A DNA stretch of 64,000 nucleotides from Octopus sinensis (GCF_006345805.1 NC_043002.1:85002001-85066000); one strand, 5' to 3'. Shown: positions 1-13,306, numbered from the stretch's first letter. Numbers and translations: made by a program. The notes: a model not told the origin generated them from the sequence alone.

Positions 1-585
1 GACACTCAAACGTGTGTTCTTAAACACAAAGAAATGCAAGCACTTTAATTCCGCCGAAGGCAGAAGAGCGACATGACAACAAAGGCATAATTTGGTCTTT
101 CATGAGTCATGATGAGTACGTACGTATAATCCGTCTGCAAGTAGATGTTAGTTGTTTATCAGTGACACTTTGCTCGACAGTTTGGAGGAAGCGGTACACT
201 AGAGTCTGCAACATTCACAAGGAGAGTTTAAGTGTTGCAAAAAAGACTGCGAGGAAGTTATTCCAGAAAGGTCGGGCAGACTTGTTTCCTGATCGCTTTA
301 CCACTTGACCTTCCTCTCTTGTCCTATGTCCAACCAGACTAGATTAAAAAGTCTGATCTTCTACTTCATGTGGTAGCGACTAGTAGCATCATCCACAACG
401 CAGAGATATTGGGTTAGCATGACTGGCAATAACTATACATACACTGAGGCTACAACATCTGCAGAGATTTCTAGACAGTGTGCATGTGTGATCGTCTGTT
501 GCCTGGTAATACTTTCAGAAGTTTGTTTCTTTGGTAGAGTTACAGTGCCGAATCACGTACTTACTCGAAACATTGCGCAGACCCA

Positions 586-1210
586 TATCAAGTGCAGACG
601 CATAGACAACTCTGATTGACTAAGGCCTAAGACATACATTACGCCTACAAAAAAGAACGGATGGTCATGGCTGAAACACTTTTCATCATAGGTCTCTTCT
701 GAAAGAGTTAATCTAGGTTGAGCGTCTAACATTTTGAATGTTGCCAAGTGCTCAGTTCCCAACCAATCGAGCATGCGGTATCTATTGTGGCCCTTTATGT
801 TCTATGTTCAAATCTTTGGAGGTCAACTTCACCATTTATCCTCCAAAGGGGATCAAATAATATACCCGTCTCGAACGATTAGCCTGCTGAATTGTTAGTG
901 TTGGACAAAATACATTGCTATATTTTTTTAACTGTTCTTTAGGTTCTGAGTTTGCTTGTGATGATATTGGTGCTAAGTTGTATCGGTCCATGCCTTTTTC
1001 TGATATAACATCAGTGGCGTGGGGAGAAGAGGTTTGCTGCATGAACACCTAATGTTTATTAAAAATTTTCCACCGGTCAGTACCAAGTGTAGATGTATAG
1101 TCAACTCTGATCGATAGAGGCCTTAGGCACTATGTCTGCAGAAAAAAACGAAGTGGTCATAACTGAAATATCTTTCATCGTAGATCTGTTTTTCAAAAAC
1201 AGACCGGATA
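586..1210 (+). mobile_element. Degenerate SINE remnants: two diverged copies of a shared tail segment (586-720, 1081-1210) and a decayed central core (~790-860)
   Basis: 586-720 and 1081-1210 align by eye at roughly 70% identity. A related tail motif (GATGGTCGTGGCT...) recurs at ~25415-25450. 790-860 resembles the TTCAAATTCCGCCGAGGTCGACTTTGCCTTTCATCC core seen in younger copies in this window. Confidence 0.45.
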
Positions 1211-1851
1211 CAAAAATTGTACCCGGTAGTACCAACGAAGAATTTAGTGGCATTCTTTCTTGAAGAATTCTATTAAGGCCTGTACGCCAGGATTCAGATG
1301 AAACAAATTAGGACCACTAGAAAATTCGTTTGGACTGTTAGCTACTTGACTGATAGGTATATCGGGGCTAACATAATTAAGCGATTACTGCGATTACAAA
1401 AATAATTAAATTAGATAAAATTACTCTTATGGTGAGAAGAACTAGTTATTAGCTTATTGATCACTTTCTGTCAAAAAACTTATGGATAATTTAAATCTAA
1501 ATCAATTAAAAATAAAATACACTGTAGGAATGATTGTCGCACTTGGCAGTATGAAAATACCTGTGGACTCGTTAGACCTTATCAGGAAAGTCTTTATAAG
1601 TTCTAAGCAAAGTAGCTAGTTAAAAAATCTCTATAAGAGTTACTTTATGAGTACTGCCATACTTAAAATGATTTGGAGAGGTGTATAGTTTATTTTCTGA
1701 CACAATAGGTATCACAACAGCAAGAACCTTATCAAGATAAGCTATTCTACTTGTCAGAACTTTGTCGCAGCTTGTATCAGAAGTCACAGCACTAAATTAT
1801 TTATAAGCAATAAGAACTAAAGTTGAAATACCTCTTCCACCCGTAACTGTG

Positions 1852-2540
1852 TTAACCCTTGTATCACCTACTTGGTGATAACTGTGTGTTTGATTGACAT
1901 TTGTTGTTTATTGGTTTCAAATTTTGGCACAAGTCCAGGCATTTGTTGTTTATTGCGCAAAACGCTCACTTAAGTTTATTTTCCTCGAAGTCCTACATGA
2001 GTCTATCTGGGAAGAGCTTTAAAATGCGTTCCAACAAACACAGTTATTCCTTCGCTCATTCTTAAAATTATTGCACAATCACATTCTTTGAATATAACCG
2101 GGTTTTGAGAGACACGACCGATCACATGTTCCTCTTTGGATACGCACAGACATATCGTAATAGGAGCTTCACATTTAGGTATACTCGACAGTTATTACTA
2201 AACCGAGAAAATGTTCACCGTGCACTAAAATTCCAATGGATATAATGCAAGATCTGAAATATGAAATTTTTACAGACACGCACCAAAATGTCTTTTGACT
2301 TGGTATACGCTTGCTTAACTCATAATATCCTTTGCTTTTGTGTTTGGAAAGAATAATACTTTGAACCTTGTTCAGTCATCTGTCTATAAATACTGTATAC
2401 TCTTTCTGAAGAGTTCTTTTCACTTCCGGTTGCTCTCACATCCATCTAAGCAACGCGCCATCTGCAGATACTCCATCCAGATTATAACATTAGTATTTGA
2501 CCACTCGGTAGTGCATCCAACTGCCCCAGTACCTATCGTG
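1852..2540 (-). mobile_element. Possible highly decayed piggyBac-like transposon 3' end
   Basis: A minus-strand frame with stops reads YNLDGVSADGALLRWM*EQP...KTFWCVSVKISYFRSC, loosely like a piggyBac C-terminus. TTAA-CCCTT, a piggyBac-style terminus, sits at 1852-1860 on the expected side. Confidence 0.3.
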
Positions 2541-2585
2541 AGAAAGTGTTTCATGGTAGAGAAAAGTGTTTCATGGTAAAGAAAA

Positions 2586-2747
2586 GGCGCAAGAGTGGCT
2601 GTGTGGTAAGTAGCTTGCTAACCAACCACATGGTTCCGGGTTCAGTCCCACTGCGTGGCACCTTGGGCAAGTGTCTTCTACTATAGCCTCGGGCCGACCA
2701 AAGCCTTGTGAGTGGATTTGGTAGACGGAAACTGAAAGAAGCCCGTC

Positions 2748-2806
<59 letters not shown>

Positions 2807-3022
2807 GCGTGTGTGTGTTTGTGTGTCTGTGTTTGTCCCCCTAGCATTGCTTGACAACCGATGCTGGTGTGTTTATGTCCCCGTTACTTAGCGGTTCGGC
2901 AAAAGAGACCGATAGAATAAGTACTGGGCTTACAAAAGAATAAGTTGCTCGATTAAAGGCGGTGCTCCAGCATGGCCGCAGTCAAATGACTGAAACAAGT
3001 AAAAGAGTCAAGAGTAAAAGAG
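2586..3022 (+). mobile_element. Full-length tRNA-derived SINE (family 1, octopus OR/CORE-like) with internal (TA)n
   Basis: GGCGCAAGAGTGGCTGTGTGGTAAG head, B-box-like GGTTCAGTCCC, CCTTGGGCAAGTGTCTTC core, AAAAGAGT-repeat tail. Near-identical copies occur elsewhere in the window. Confidence 0.85.
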
Positions 3023-3575
3023 GTACAATTAATTAAGAATTTGTTTTTATAATGCAAATCATTTATACAACAGTAGAAACACATAAAATATTTCAGAAAT
3101 TTAATATGTAATAAGTTCATCATACTTTCTCGTACATATATGGAAACATGTACATTTACACATACATAAATGAAAATACACAGATCTTACGTAAGCAATG
3201 ACCTGCATATTTGCACACGTACATACATACACACATACACGCACACACACACACAGATACATACATACATACACAGATACATACATACATACATACATAC
3301 ATACATACATACATACATACATACATACATACATACATACATACACACCATGACACATAGTTGTTGTGATCTAGATTCCTGCGAAGGAATCTTGTTTATG
3401 GGTACGATGCCGGCTTTTTTCTCTATTGGTGAAAACTTTTAAAAAATAAAAGCAGAACATACATCGTCACATACATACAAACTAATATACATTCATACAT
3501 GCATGTACACAAACATGCTTACTTGCATACATACACATGCATACATACAAATATATCTATACATGTGTGCATAGA

Positions 3576-3629
<54 letters not shown>

Positions 3630-3902
3630 CGTAATAAATACATATATACGCACATATATACATATATGCATACATTCACGCACATATACATTCATACGTA
3701 CATACATACATAAAAGAAGGAAATTGTTTTGAAATTAGAATGGTAAAATTTGGCAGAATCTTTTCACATTTGAATCACGACAAGCAACGCTTTGAACGAT
3801 GGGATTTCAATGTAGAGAAAGGCTGACAAAATGTCAACAGCTCGCTATGTATCTGTTTAGACTAAGCTTTTTGCCTATTGTTCCACTGTTTATTCCTCAT
3901 AC

Positions 3903-4258
3903 CTTTGTTGTCAATTCCTGGCTTGTTTTGATTGAGTTATTTTATGCTCTTTATTCATAACTTTATTATCAATTTTGCTTAAAATTTCGTCGTTTATAAT
4001 TATTATTATTATTATCATTATTATTATCATTATTATTATTATCATTATTATTATTATTATTATCAGTTTATGAATATTATTGTTGTTATTGTTACTGCTG
4101 TTGTTGTTGTTGCTTTTCTTCTTTATATAATTTTATTTATATTTTTCATTTCTTTGAATGGGAATTGATACCGGGGGTGGAGCGATGGATGGGGTATTCA
4201 TAATTTTGTACCCATTTTTAACCAAATTTCGGCGATTTCTTTGCGGGCTTTTCACCAT
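3903..4258 (-). other. Candidate exon ending at a strong donor (AAG/GTATGA at 3903/3902)
   Basis: AACATGG at 4258 opens MVKSPQRNRRNLVKNGYKIMNTPSIAPPPVSIPIQ. The same frame resumes after one stop and reaches the donor in phase 0 (...SQELTTK). The stop and an (AAT)n tract weaken the call. Confidence 0.2.
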
Positions 4259-4358
4259 GTTTATATTGGTGTAAAAGAGTGCACTTTCCCTTTTTTTCTT
4301 TCTGTCTTTATGTATGAGTGTGTATATGTGTGCGAGTGTGCATTGTGTGTGCATATGT

Positions 4359-4442
<84 letters not shown>

Positions 4443-4551
4443 ATGTATGTATATATATATTTATATATATATACGGGGGGGAGAATTCACAAAAAACCAA
4501 AAGACGAAGATAGGTGGTACATATATATATATGTGTATATTATATATATAT

Positions 4552-4596
<45 letters not shown>

Positions 4597-5519
4597 ACAT
4601 ATATATATATATAGTATATACTATGCATAAACACATCCATATATATATATGTATGATTCATATATGTACATATATACACACATATACATACATACATACA
4701 TACATACATACATACATACATACATAATACATACTACCTACATACATCCATACATATGTGAGGAGGAGGGACTCAATTTACAAATTATTATGCGGGAAAC
4801 ATTTCATATATATATCCTTCTTTCTCGATTTCTTCTTCCTGCCTTCCCGTCTTCATTTCTCTCTTTCTTCCCTTCTTTCATCCTATTATTATTTGCCCAC
4901 TCTGTCCTTTCCTCCATCCTCCATTTTACTTCTCTCTTTCGCCATTTCTTTCTTTATCTTTTCTTTCTCGCATTCTCTCTTTTTTTCATTCTTATGTTTT
5001 TGATCCTGTTTTTTTTTTTCACAATCGTGCTTTATTCTGCCCAAAAGTTCGTTCCAACACAGACTTAAAAGAACAATGTATGTAAGCGTTTGCATGTATG
5101 TATGTATGTATGTATGTGTGTATGTGTGTATGTATGTATATATGTATGTGTGTATATATTTGTGTGTGTCTGTAAATATATATACGTATATATATATATG
5201 TATACATATATGTGTTTGTGTTTGTGCGCGCATGTGTACATCTCTCTCTCTCTCTCTTTCTCTCAATATATATATATATACACACCTTCAGTTATTCACT
5301 TATATACATGCGAATGAGTACAATCCGAAAGAGTGAGTAGTGTAAGATGAATAACTTTGTATATATAGGTATCAATGAAAGATTCATTGTATATATGTAT
5401 GCCCATACATATTCTATCATACATATATATATTCACATACACACATGCACATATGTATGTATTTATATATGTATGTATGTATAGACACGTATACATATGC
5501 ATTCATACGCGCATATGTA

Positions 5520-5561
<42 letters not shown>

Positions 5562-5857
5562 GTAAGGCTATTCCAGTGCATGAATTGAACAATAAATATA
5601 TTTACTTAACAATTATCAAATACTTGTATAAGTATTAGGGAAATGTTTCGTTTTTATCGATTTAATATCTTCCCCGAAATATTTCTTGATAAAAGAATAT
5701 CAAACACCCACTTAAGATCCCTGAAAAATCCCAAGCATTCATTAGTTCATTTTATATAAATACCTCATTATATGCCAGCATGTATTCATGTGTATAAGCA
5801 TTTTCTTACCGTCAACCTTTACTCTTCCAGTATTCATCTTCTTTTCTCACTCTCTCT

Positions 5858-5921
<64 letters not shown>

Positions 5922-5953
5922 CCTGTATATATATATATATATATTATATATAT

Positions 5954-5985
<32 letters not shown>

Positions 5986-5987
5986 AT

Positions 5988-6273
5988 ATATATATAAAGC
6001 TGAAGTTGTCTGTGCATGGCAGGTTTGGTAGCCTTCAACTAACCCTATCTCCTCCGAGACCCTGTGGCGCAAGTTGACCAAAAATTGTTTACATCAAAGA
6101 AGTGCTTTTTTCTATGAATATCTCTATTTTTTACGATTTTTTGACTGCTGTGTCGCCATTTTTCGGTGTATTCCAACCAGAAAAATGTTCACTTAATGAA
6201 AAATTTTTACTTTTCAAAAATTCTAATTCTAAAGGGTCGAAACTAACCCGAGCATTGCCGGGCGATACTGCTA

Positions 6274-6274
<1 letters not shown>
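5988..6274 (+). mobile_element. Non-autonomous Helitron-like element
   Basis: Starts within (TA)n (TATATAAAGCTGAAG...). Ends with a CCCG-N8-CGGG hairpin (6247-6262) followed by CTAG/T (6271-6275), the canonical Helitron 3' signature. Confidence 0.5.
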
Positions 6275-6334
<60 letters not shown>

Positions 6335-6469
6335 ATAAATTAAATTAAAGATTAAACTACTAGTGGGCAACGCAAACAGTGATATATATATAAATCAATT
6401 TGTCTATTTTACCACGAGCATTGAAACGATGTCAGATTTTAGTACAAACCCAGCATGTTCGGCCGATGG

Positions 6470-6860
6470 TGTAGATTGATTACATCGACGCCAGTGCTCA
6501 TCTGATGCATATTTTATTGACCCTGAACGGATGAAAGGTGAAGTCGGCCGCGGTGACATTTGAACTCAGAACGGGCAGACAGACGAAATGTCGATAAGCA
6601 TTTCTCCAGGTGTGCTAGCGATTCTGCCAGCTCGCCGTCTTCAAATAAGTGGCTTCGATTTTGGTACAAGGCCAGTAATTTCGGTTTAGAGGGTAAGTCG
6701 ATTATATCGATTCCAGTGATCAACTGGTACTTATTCTATTGACTCCGAAAGGATGAAAGACAAAGTCGACCTCTGCGTCACTTGAAGACAGGACATAAAT
6801 TTAAATGAAAAGCCGCTAAGCAATTGTTTCCTGCGCAACAACGATTCTGCCAGCTAGCTG
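6470..6860 (-). mobile_element. Two degenerate SINE family 2 copies (MetaSINE-like core)
   Basis: Reverse complement of the CCTTTCATCCTTTCGGGGTCGATAAAATAAGTACCAG-type core, seen twice, each with a GGCGAGCTGGCAGAATCG-type head. Confidence 0.65.
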
Positions 6861-6883
6861 CCTTTCCTATAAGCATTCTTGTT

Positions 6884-7061
6884 TTCTTTTACTTGTTTCA
6901 GTCATTTGACTGCGGCCATGCTGGAGCACCGCCTTTAGTCGAGCAAATCGACCCCAGGACTTATTCTTTGTAAGCCTAGTACTTATTCCATCGGTCTTTT
7001 TGCCTAACCGCTACGTTACGGGGATGTAAACACACCAGCATCAGTTGTCAGGCGATGGTAG

Positions 7062-7147
<86 letters not shown>

Positions 7148-7303
7148 AATATATATTATACATATGACGGGATTCTTTCAGTTTCCGCCAACGAAATCCA
7201 CTCACAAGTCTTTGGTCGGCCCGAGGCTATAGTAGAAGACACTTGCCCAAGGTGCCACGCAGTGGGTCTGAACCCGGAACCATGTGGTTGGTAAGCAAAC
7301 TAC
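6884..7303 (-). mobile_element. SINE family 1, near full length
   Basis: Reverse complement matches 2586-3022, including the internal (CA)n/(TA)n. Confidence 0.85.
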
Positions 7304-7489
7304 TTTATTTCATAAAAATTTGCCATAAAGGCATTAAAAAGAATAGCTGCGGGCTAGACATATACAGTGATGAGGTGAATGATGAAATAAGGATGATATT
7401 GATGAAAAAAAGCAAAAACGCCCGTCGATTTTTTCTTCTCTAAAACATTGTTCTTTTTTAAAAACAGAATAAACAAAGTGAGGTATTGA

Positions 7490-8150
7490 ACATCTTACTA
7501 CAGTTTTTACAATTATTGGACTTAATGGTCAATAACATGCTAATAATATACAATGAAATATTCAATATACAATCAACACTAGTCCATTTACAAATGAGGC
7601 GCTGAGCCTCTTACACATTATAACACTGAGGCTTTTCAACCTCTTGTCAATTTTCCACCTCGTAATCGCTTGTGTCCGTGTATTCCGCCATAGCCCAAGC
7701 TTCGTTTAAAATCAAGGCGGGGTCCGAGTTGGCGTCACCCGACCACGAGCGATATTCCTCTTTTAGTCCCTTCAGCATCATAAACAGGCGTAACGTTATG
7801 ACCTCCACAGCTATCTGCGGAGGCCATTCGGAGTCCTGTGTGAAGGCCAAAGGCATTCTCTCGTAGTGTTCTTTCACTATCTTTTCCACCTCTCCGCCTC
7901 TATAAAAAAAGACCAACAGTTTCAGGTCCATCGGGTCCGGGTCGGTCAATTTTACCGTTGGCGGCACAATTCCCGCCAATGGTGTCTCCCCCCTCCGGTG
8001 GCACAACCGACGAGACTCCTTGACATTCCGGCCTCATGTCTCCGACTGTCGGCAATGTCCCGTTTCTCCTCCTCTTCCTCTGTTTTTTTCTTCTCGACTG
8101 GGGGAGGGTACGTCTTCTCCGTGACCTGGAGATTCGCCTCCCCTCCCTCA
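7490..8150 (-). mobile_element. GC-rich ORF fragment, probably the C-terminal part of a Tx1/L1-type ORF1 plus the following spacer
   Basis: ORF 7647-8006 (ETPLAGIVPPTVKLTDPDPMDLKLLVFF...EYTDTSDYEVEN*) with an acidic/basic low-complexity segment upstream. Its composition matches the Tx1 ORF2 at 15-18 kb. Family assignment is inference. Confidence 0.4.
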
Positions 8151-8151
8151 T

Positions 8152-8861
8152 CTTCATATTTCAACGTAAGCACCGGTGGCGTCAACCAGTTTCCTAAAAT
8201 GACCAAGGATTGAAGGACCTCCTGAATCCGTGTCTCCAAGTCCTCCAGTGTGCGAGGTTTTCTCTTGTATACCTCTTTTGTGTAACCCAACAGGTAAAAA
8301 TCACATAGAATGAGATCTGGACTTCTTCGAGTTCTGGACTTCTGCACTCACAGTCTTCAGGCTTTAGTTCCTGTACTTAATGGGGTCCCTACGGACGAAA
8401 ATTCAATTCTTTATGCAACATCGTACGTATTATGTGTCATGTTAGGCCACTTTCACGAGCTGCTTGACGTGTTGATTTTTGCGCACTGCGACTAAACATT
8501 TCCTGCACTGTTGCCACGTTCTCCGCTGATCGGAATGTAGTTGGAAAACCACTTCTTGCATCGTTCACAAAGCCCGTGGTCATCAGCTTTGCATGACAAC
8601 TTTTTACTGTCTCCGGACGTCGTGTTGCATGCTTACCTTTCGATGCACGCCATCATCTCTGAACCAAAACAATGGAATTCCACACTTAATAGCGTGCTGC
8701 TATCTTAGCGACCGGTCATCTGGAAAATAAGAAATAAGAAGTAAGACAATAAGAAATACCCATTAGTGTTGTCTGTTTATAAAATGTTTTCGTCATGACT
8801 TCAGTAATACTAAAAATTCTATAAGCAATTTCTAGTACCTAGTTACTTTCCACCCACCCTA
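8152..8861 (-). mobile_element. Internally deleted Tc1/mariner-superfamily element (rosa/DD41D-like), copy 1, 3' end lost
   Basis: Peptide remnants RSPDLILCDFYLLGYTKEVYKRKPRTLEDLETRIQEVL and an N-terminal HTH region. TIR ...TACTTTCCACCCACCCT ends at 8860. Confidence 0.8.
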
Positions 8862-9541
8862 TGAAGTGTGGAATTCCATTGCTCTGGTTCAAAGATGATA
8901 GCGTGCATGGAATAGTAAGCATGCAACACTACGTACAGAGACAATAAAAATCATGCAAAGCTGATGACCACGGGCTCTGTGAACGATGCAAGAAGTGGCT
9001 GTCCAACTACATCTCGGTCAGCAAAGAACGTGGCAACAGTGCAGGAAATGTTTAATTGCAGCGCACAAAAATCAACACGTCAAGCATCTCGTACAAGTGG
9101 ACTAACATGGCACAATACATATGGTGTTGCATAAAGAATTGAATTTTCGTCCGTGGAAGCCCGATTACGTGCAGGAGCTAAAACCTGAAGACTGTGAGTG
9201 CAGAATTCCAGAAGTCCAGAACTCCAAGTCCAGATCTCACTCCATGTGATTCTTATCTGTGAGGTTACACAAAAGAGATGTACAAGAGAAAACCTAACAT
9301 ACTGGAGGACTTGGAGACACGGATTCAGGAGGTTCTTAATGATATCTCGGACGACGTCCTTCAGAAGGGTATGCATTCCATCTCTGGCCGTTTGAGGAAA
9401 CTGGTTGATGTCATCGGTGCTTAAGTTGAAATATATAAAGATATACTTTCATTTTCCCATGTAAAGAAAGAACATGTATCATTTGTTTCAAATGGATTTT
9501 ATTACCAATTTTTAATGCCTACCTACTTTTCACCCACCCTG
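8862..9541 (+). mobile_element. Same Tc1/mariner deletion derivative, copy 2, lacking ~170 bp at the 5' end
   Basis: Reverse complement of copy 1 over ~500 bp. SPDLTPCD-like remnant. Terminal ...CCTACTTTTCACCCACCCTG at 9541. Confidence 0.8.
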
Positions 9542-9706
9542 CATGTATGTATGTGTGTATGTATGTATGTATGTATGTATGTATGTATGTATGTATGTAT
9601 GTATGTATGTATGTATGTATGTATGTATGTATGTACGTACGTATGTGTATGTATGTATGCATGTATGTTTGTTTGTTTACATATGTGTGTGTGTATGTAT
9701 GTATGA

Positions 9707-9746
<40 letters not shown>

Positions 9747-10560
9747 CTTTTTTACGGAGTCACGGGATATATTTTCCCCGGCGAATATTCAAAGTACCCA
9801 TAATTAGAAATAAAAAATATCATTGATATATCTGTAGCAGCCATTGAGCTGTTCGACCAAAACTATCTTTTTTCTTCGGTAGATATCATTAAGGCAGTTG
9901 AACTCTTATGGAAATCAATACAAATCCGCCTGCACTCGTATATTTGCCAATAGACTGGGTACATTAATCGAAGTGTGCAGTCACCATATTTTTTTCATAC
10001 CTGTTAGCCCTGACGAGCATGTGTTTTTACATAACTGTGTTGTTGTCTAACATCTAGTTTGATGCCCAGTGCGAAAACCAATTGATGAGATTGGTCATAT
10101 AGATATATTACCGACAATTTTTCTTTTCCTTATTCTTCACATGTATATATATTTTAATTTGAAAGTACTGGTCGTTGGATGTACGTTGTCTGATGTCGCT
10201 TGATCAGATAAGTATGTTAATTATCAGTGCTCTCAAATTTAAAATCTTGAATTACTGTACTGAAGAGGAAATTGAGAGAGTAGAAATACGATTTTACAAT
10301 TTTTCACATCTCTGTAACTCCGAAACGCGTATACAGTTAATCATCAGAGCCGGGTGGATTCGTTATTTTTTCTCTTTATTTGCATAAGTTGTTGAGTATT
10401 GCTGTTTGGGAGATTTTTCTTGTGGTAGTGAAATTGTAGTTTAACTGCTATTTTTAAATTTCGGTATGTGGTGAAGCAAATTTTGATGAACCCTAATTAT
10501 AATTATACTCATAATTATAGAATTTATACACCCCCCAACCCCCAACCCCACACACACACA

Positions 10561-10595
<35 letters not shown>

Positions 10596-10699
10596 CTTTT
10601 CTCTCCTTTTTTCTCTCCTTGTTTCTCTCTTTTTTCTCTCCTTTTTTCTCTCCTTTTTTTCTCTCCTTTTTTGTCTCCTTTTTTTGTCTCCTTTTTTTT

Positions 10700-10850
10700 C
10701 TCTCCTTGTTTTTTCTGTGTCCCTTTCTGTAGAAGAGCGTAGGCTCGAAACATAAAATACTTTTTCTATTCCTGAGCGTTATACTAATACATATGTTTGT
10801 TTTGTACACCACCTCTCTTCGTCTTTTGTTATTTTCGTAAATTCTCCCTA
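10700..10850 (-). mobile_element. Short (TA)n-anchored repeat, Penelope-terminal-like
   Basis: The minus strand reads GGGAGAATTTACGAAAATAACAAAAGACGAAG...TTTCGAGCCTACGCTCTTC. Related pieces occur at ~4470-4520 and ~44545-44690. Penelope origin is inference. Confidence 0.4.
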
Positions 10851-10889
10851 TATATATATATATTTACACAAACACATACCCCACACACT

Positions 10890-10979
<90 letters not shown>

Positions 10980-11122
10980 AAAACACACACATATAGTGAT
11001 GATGATTGTCGATGCTCCAATCAAATGAAGGAAACGAAGTTTCCATTAGTTTTTTTTATTTTGTAAAGTGATGATAATATCTCGTTCACAGAAACTGTAG
11101 ACAGAAACTGTAAGAATCCTGT

Positions 11123-11365
11123 CGTATATGTATACATACATATATGTATGTATTTGTATATGTCTGTTTCCCCCCCCCTCATCGCTTGTTCTTGTGTTTA
11201 CGTTCCCGTAACCTAGCTGTTCGGCAAAAGATCCCATAGAATAAGTACTAGGCTTACAAAGAATAAGTCCTGGAGTTGATTTGTTCGACTAAAGGCGGTG
11301 CTCCAGCATGGCTGCAGTCAAATATCTGGATCAAGTAAAAGGATAAAATAATATACATATATACG

Positions 11366-11448
<83 letters not shown>

Positions 11449-11455
11449 GTGTGTG

Positions 11456-11488
<33 letters not shown>

Positions 11489-11929
11489 AGTTGCATATAT
11501 GTACACACACAAGCGCATACACGCATAGAAATACATGTAAACGTAAATTAGATATTCATAGATATAGACGATTAACTACAGATATGTGTGTATAAAAAAT
11601 CTATTTAAACCCCTGTCTAGCTAACTATCTTTATATATGTAGGTATATGTATACATACATATATGTATGTATTTGTATATGTCTGTTTCCCCCCCCCTCA
11701 TCGGCTTGTTCTTGTGTTTACGTTCCCGTAACCTAGCTGTTCGGCAAAAGATCCCATAGAATAAGTACTAGGCTTACAAAGAATAAGTCCTGGAGTTGAT
11801 TTGTGACCTAAAGGCGGTGCTCCAGCATGGCTGCAGTCACCCAAATATCTGGATCAAGTAAAGGATAAAATAATATACATATATCGTATATATAATATAT
11901 AATATATATGTGTGTGTGTGGTGTGTGTG

Positions 11930-11973
<44 letters not shown>

Positions 11974-11978
11974 GTGTG

Positions 11979-12009
<31 letters not shown>

Positions 12010-12178
12010 AGTTGCATATATGTACACACACAAGCGCATACACGCATAGAAAACATGTAAACGTAAATTAGATATTCATAGATATAGACGATTAACTACA
12101 GATATGTGTGTATAAAAAATCTATTTAAACCCCTGTCTAGCTAACTATCTTTATATATGTAGGTATATGTATACATAC

Positions 12179-12180
<2 letters not shown>
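11123..12180. repeat. Near-identical tandem duplication, unit ~520 bp (SINE 3' half + (TG)n + unique DNA)
   Basis: 11123-11660 and 11643-12180 repeat almost verbatim and differ mainly by 1-4 nt indels. Confidence 0.85.
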
Positions 12181-12209
<29 letters not shown>

Positions 12210-13208
12210 ATATATATATAGATATATATATATATATATATATATATAGATGTATATATATATATATATATATATGTATATAATATATATATATTTCATA
12301 TATATACACACATACATACATACATACATACATACATACATACATACATACATACATACATACATACATACATACACACATAGTTATATGGATGCGCCTA
12401 TGCCAGGGCGAAAGGTGTGTATGTACTGACACACTTTACATACATAAATACATTTATCGCTTTACGTATTGTATAAAGTTACACAGTTATTCGTCTAAAA
12501 TTCATGACAATCGTGATAGAATCTCGTGCACCATAATCTAAATATTGAATAAGTTTCGTTTCCATTTGGGCAAGCAGTGTTCTTTTAACCTATTGAAAAA
12601 TTTTTCACGTAAACCTAGCCTAAAATTCCGATGATATCCTTCATATATATATAAATTTTTTTCCCTTTCCTTACAATATTACAATACTTAAGTCTATACT
12701 TTTCAATATTTCCCAAGTAGCTGATAATGAGGGAGTGGTTATGGTATGTAAGGTTTCTCTTGTTGAGGTCGTTCTTTGAGTGTTCGTGGCCCCTTTCACC
12801 TCTGACAATAATTGCTTTAGAATCACACACACATTCATGAGAATGTTCATATTACTGTGTTTATGTGTGTATATATATATATATGTGTGTGTGTTTGCGT
12901 GTTTGTGTATACACACACGCACAAACATACACGAGCACACACACACACACTCATACCCGCATATATAGTGAATACATTATTATATATCATATTGTATTAT
13001 ATTCTATTACATTATAATAAATATATATCTGTGTGTGCACATATATGGATATGCATCCATGTATTATGTATATCTGTGCATACATATATGTTATTTATAT
13101 ACATATATATAGGTATATACAGACATCTATGTACAGACATGTATATATGCATGCATAGATGCATATGTATATGTATGTAGAATGTATGATATATATATAT
13201 ATATATAT

Positions 13209-13306
<98 letters not shown>

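Noticed and set aside
563-646. Apparent minus-strand exon with good acceptor (TTCTTTTTTGTAG) and donor (GTAAGT), and a coding-like repeat at 1081-1210
   Set aside because: The second copy has stops in every frame, and a related motif recurs at ~25.4 kb, so these are dispersed SINE tail remnants. Exonisation cannot be excluded but is unsupported.
836-1048. 70-aa ORF with faint resemblance to a Gypsy polyprotein linker
   Set aside because: No protease, RT or integrase motifs in the adjacent frames. It overlaps SINE remnants.
2586-2680. tRNA-like A/B boxes here and at 33.6-33.8 kb, 36.2 kb and 41.1 kb
   Set aside because: Each runs into a SINE core and tail and lacks a complete cloverleaf, so these are SINE heads and not tRNA genes.
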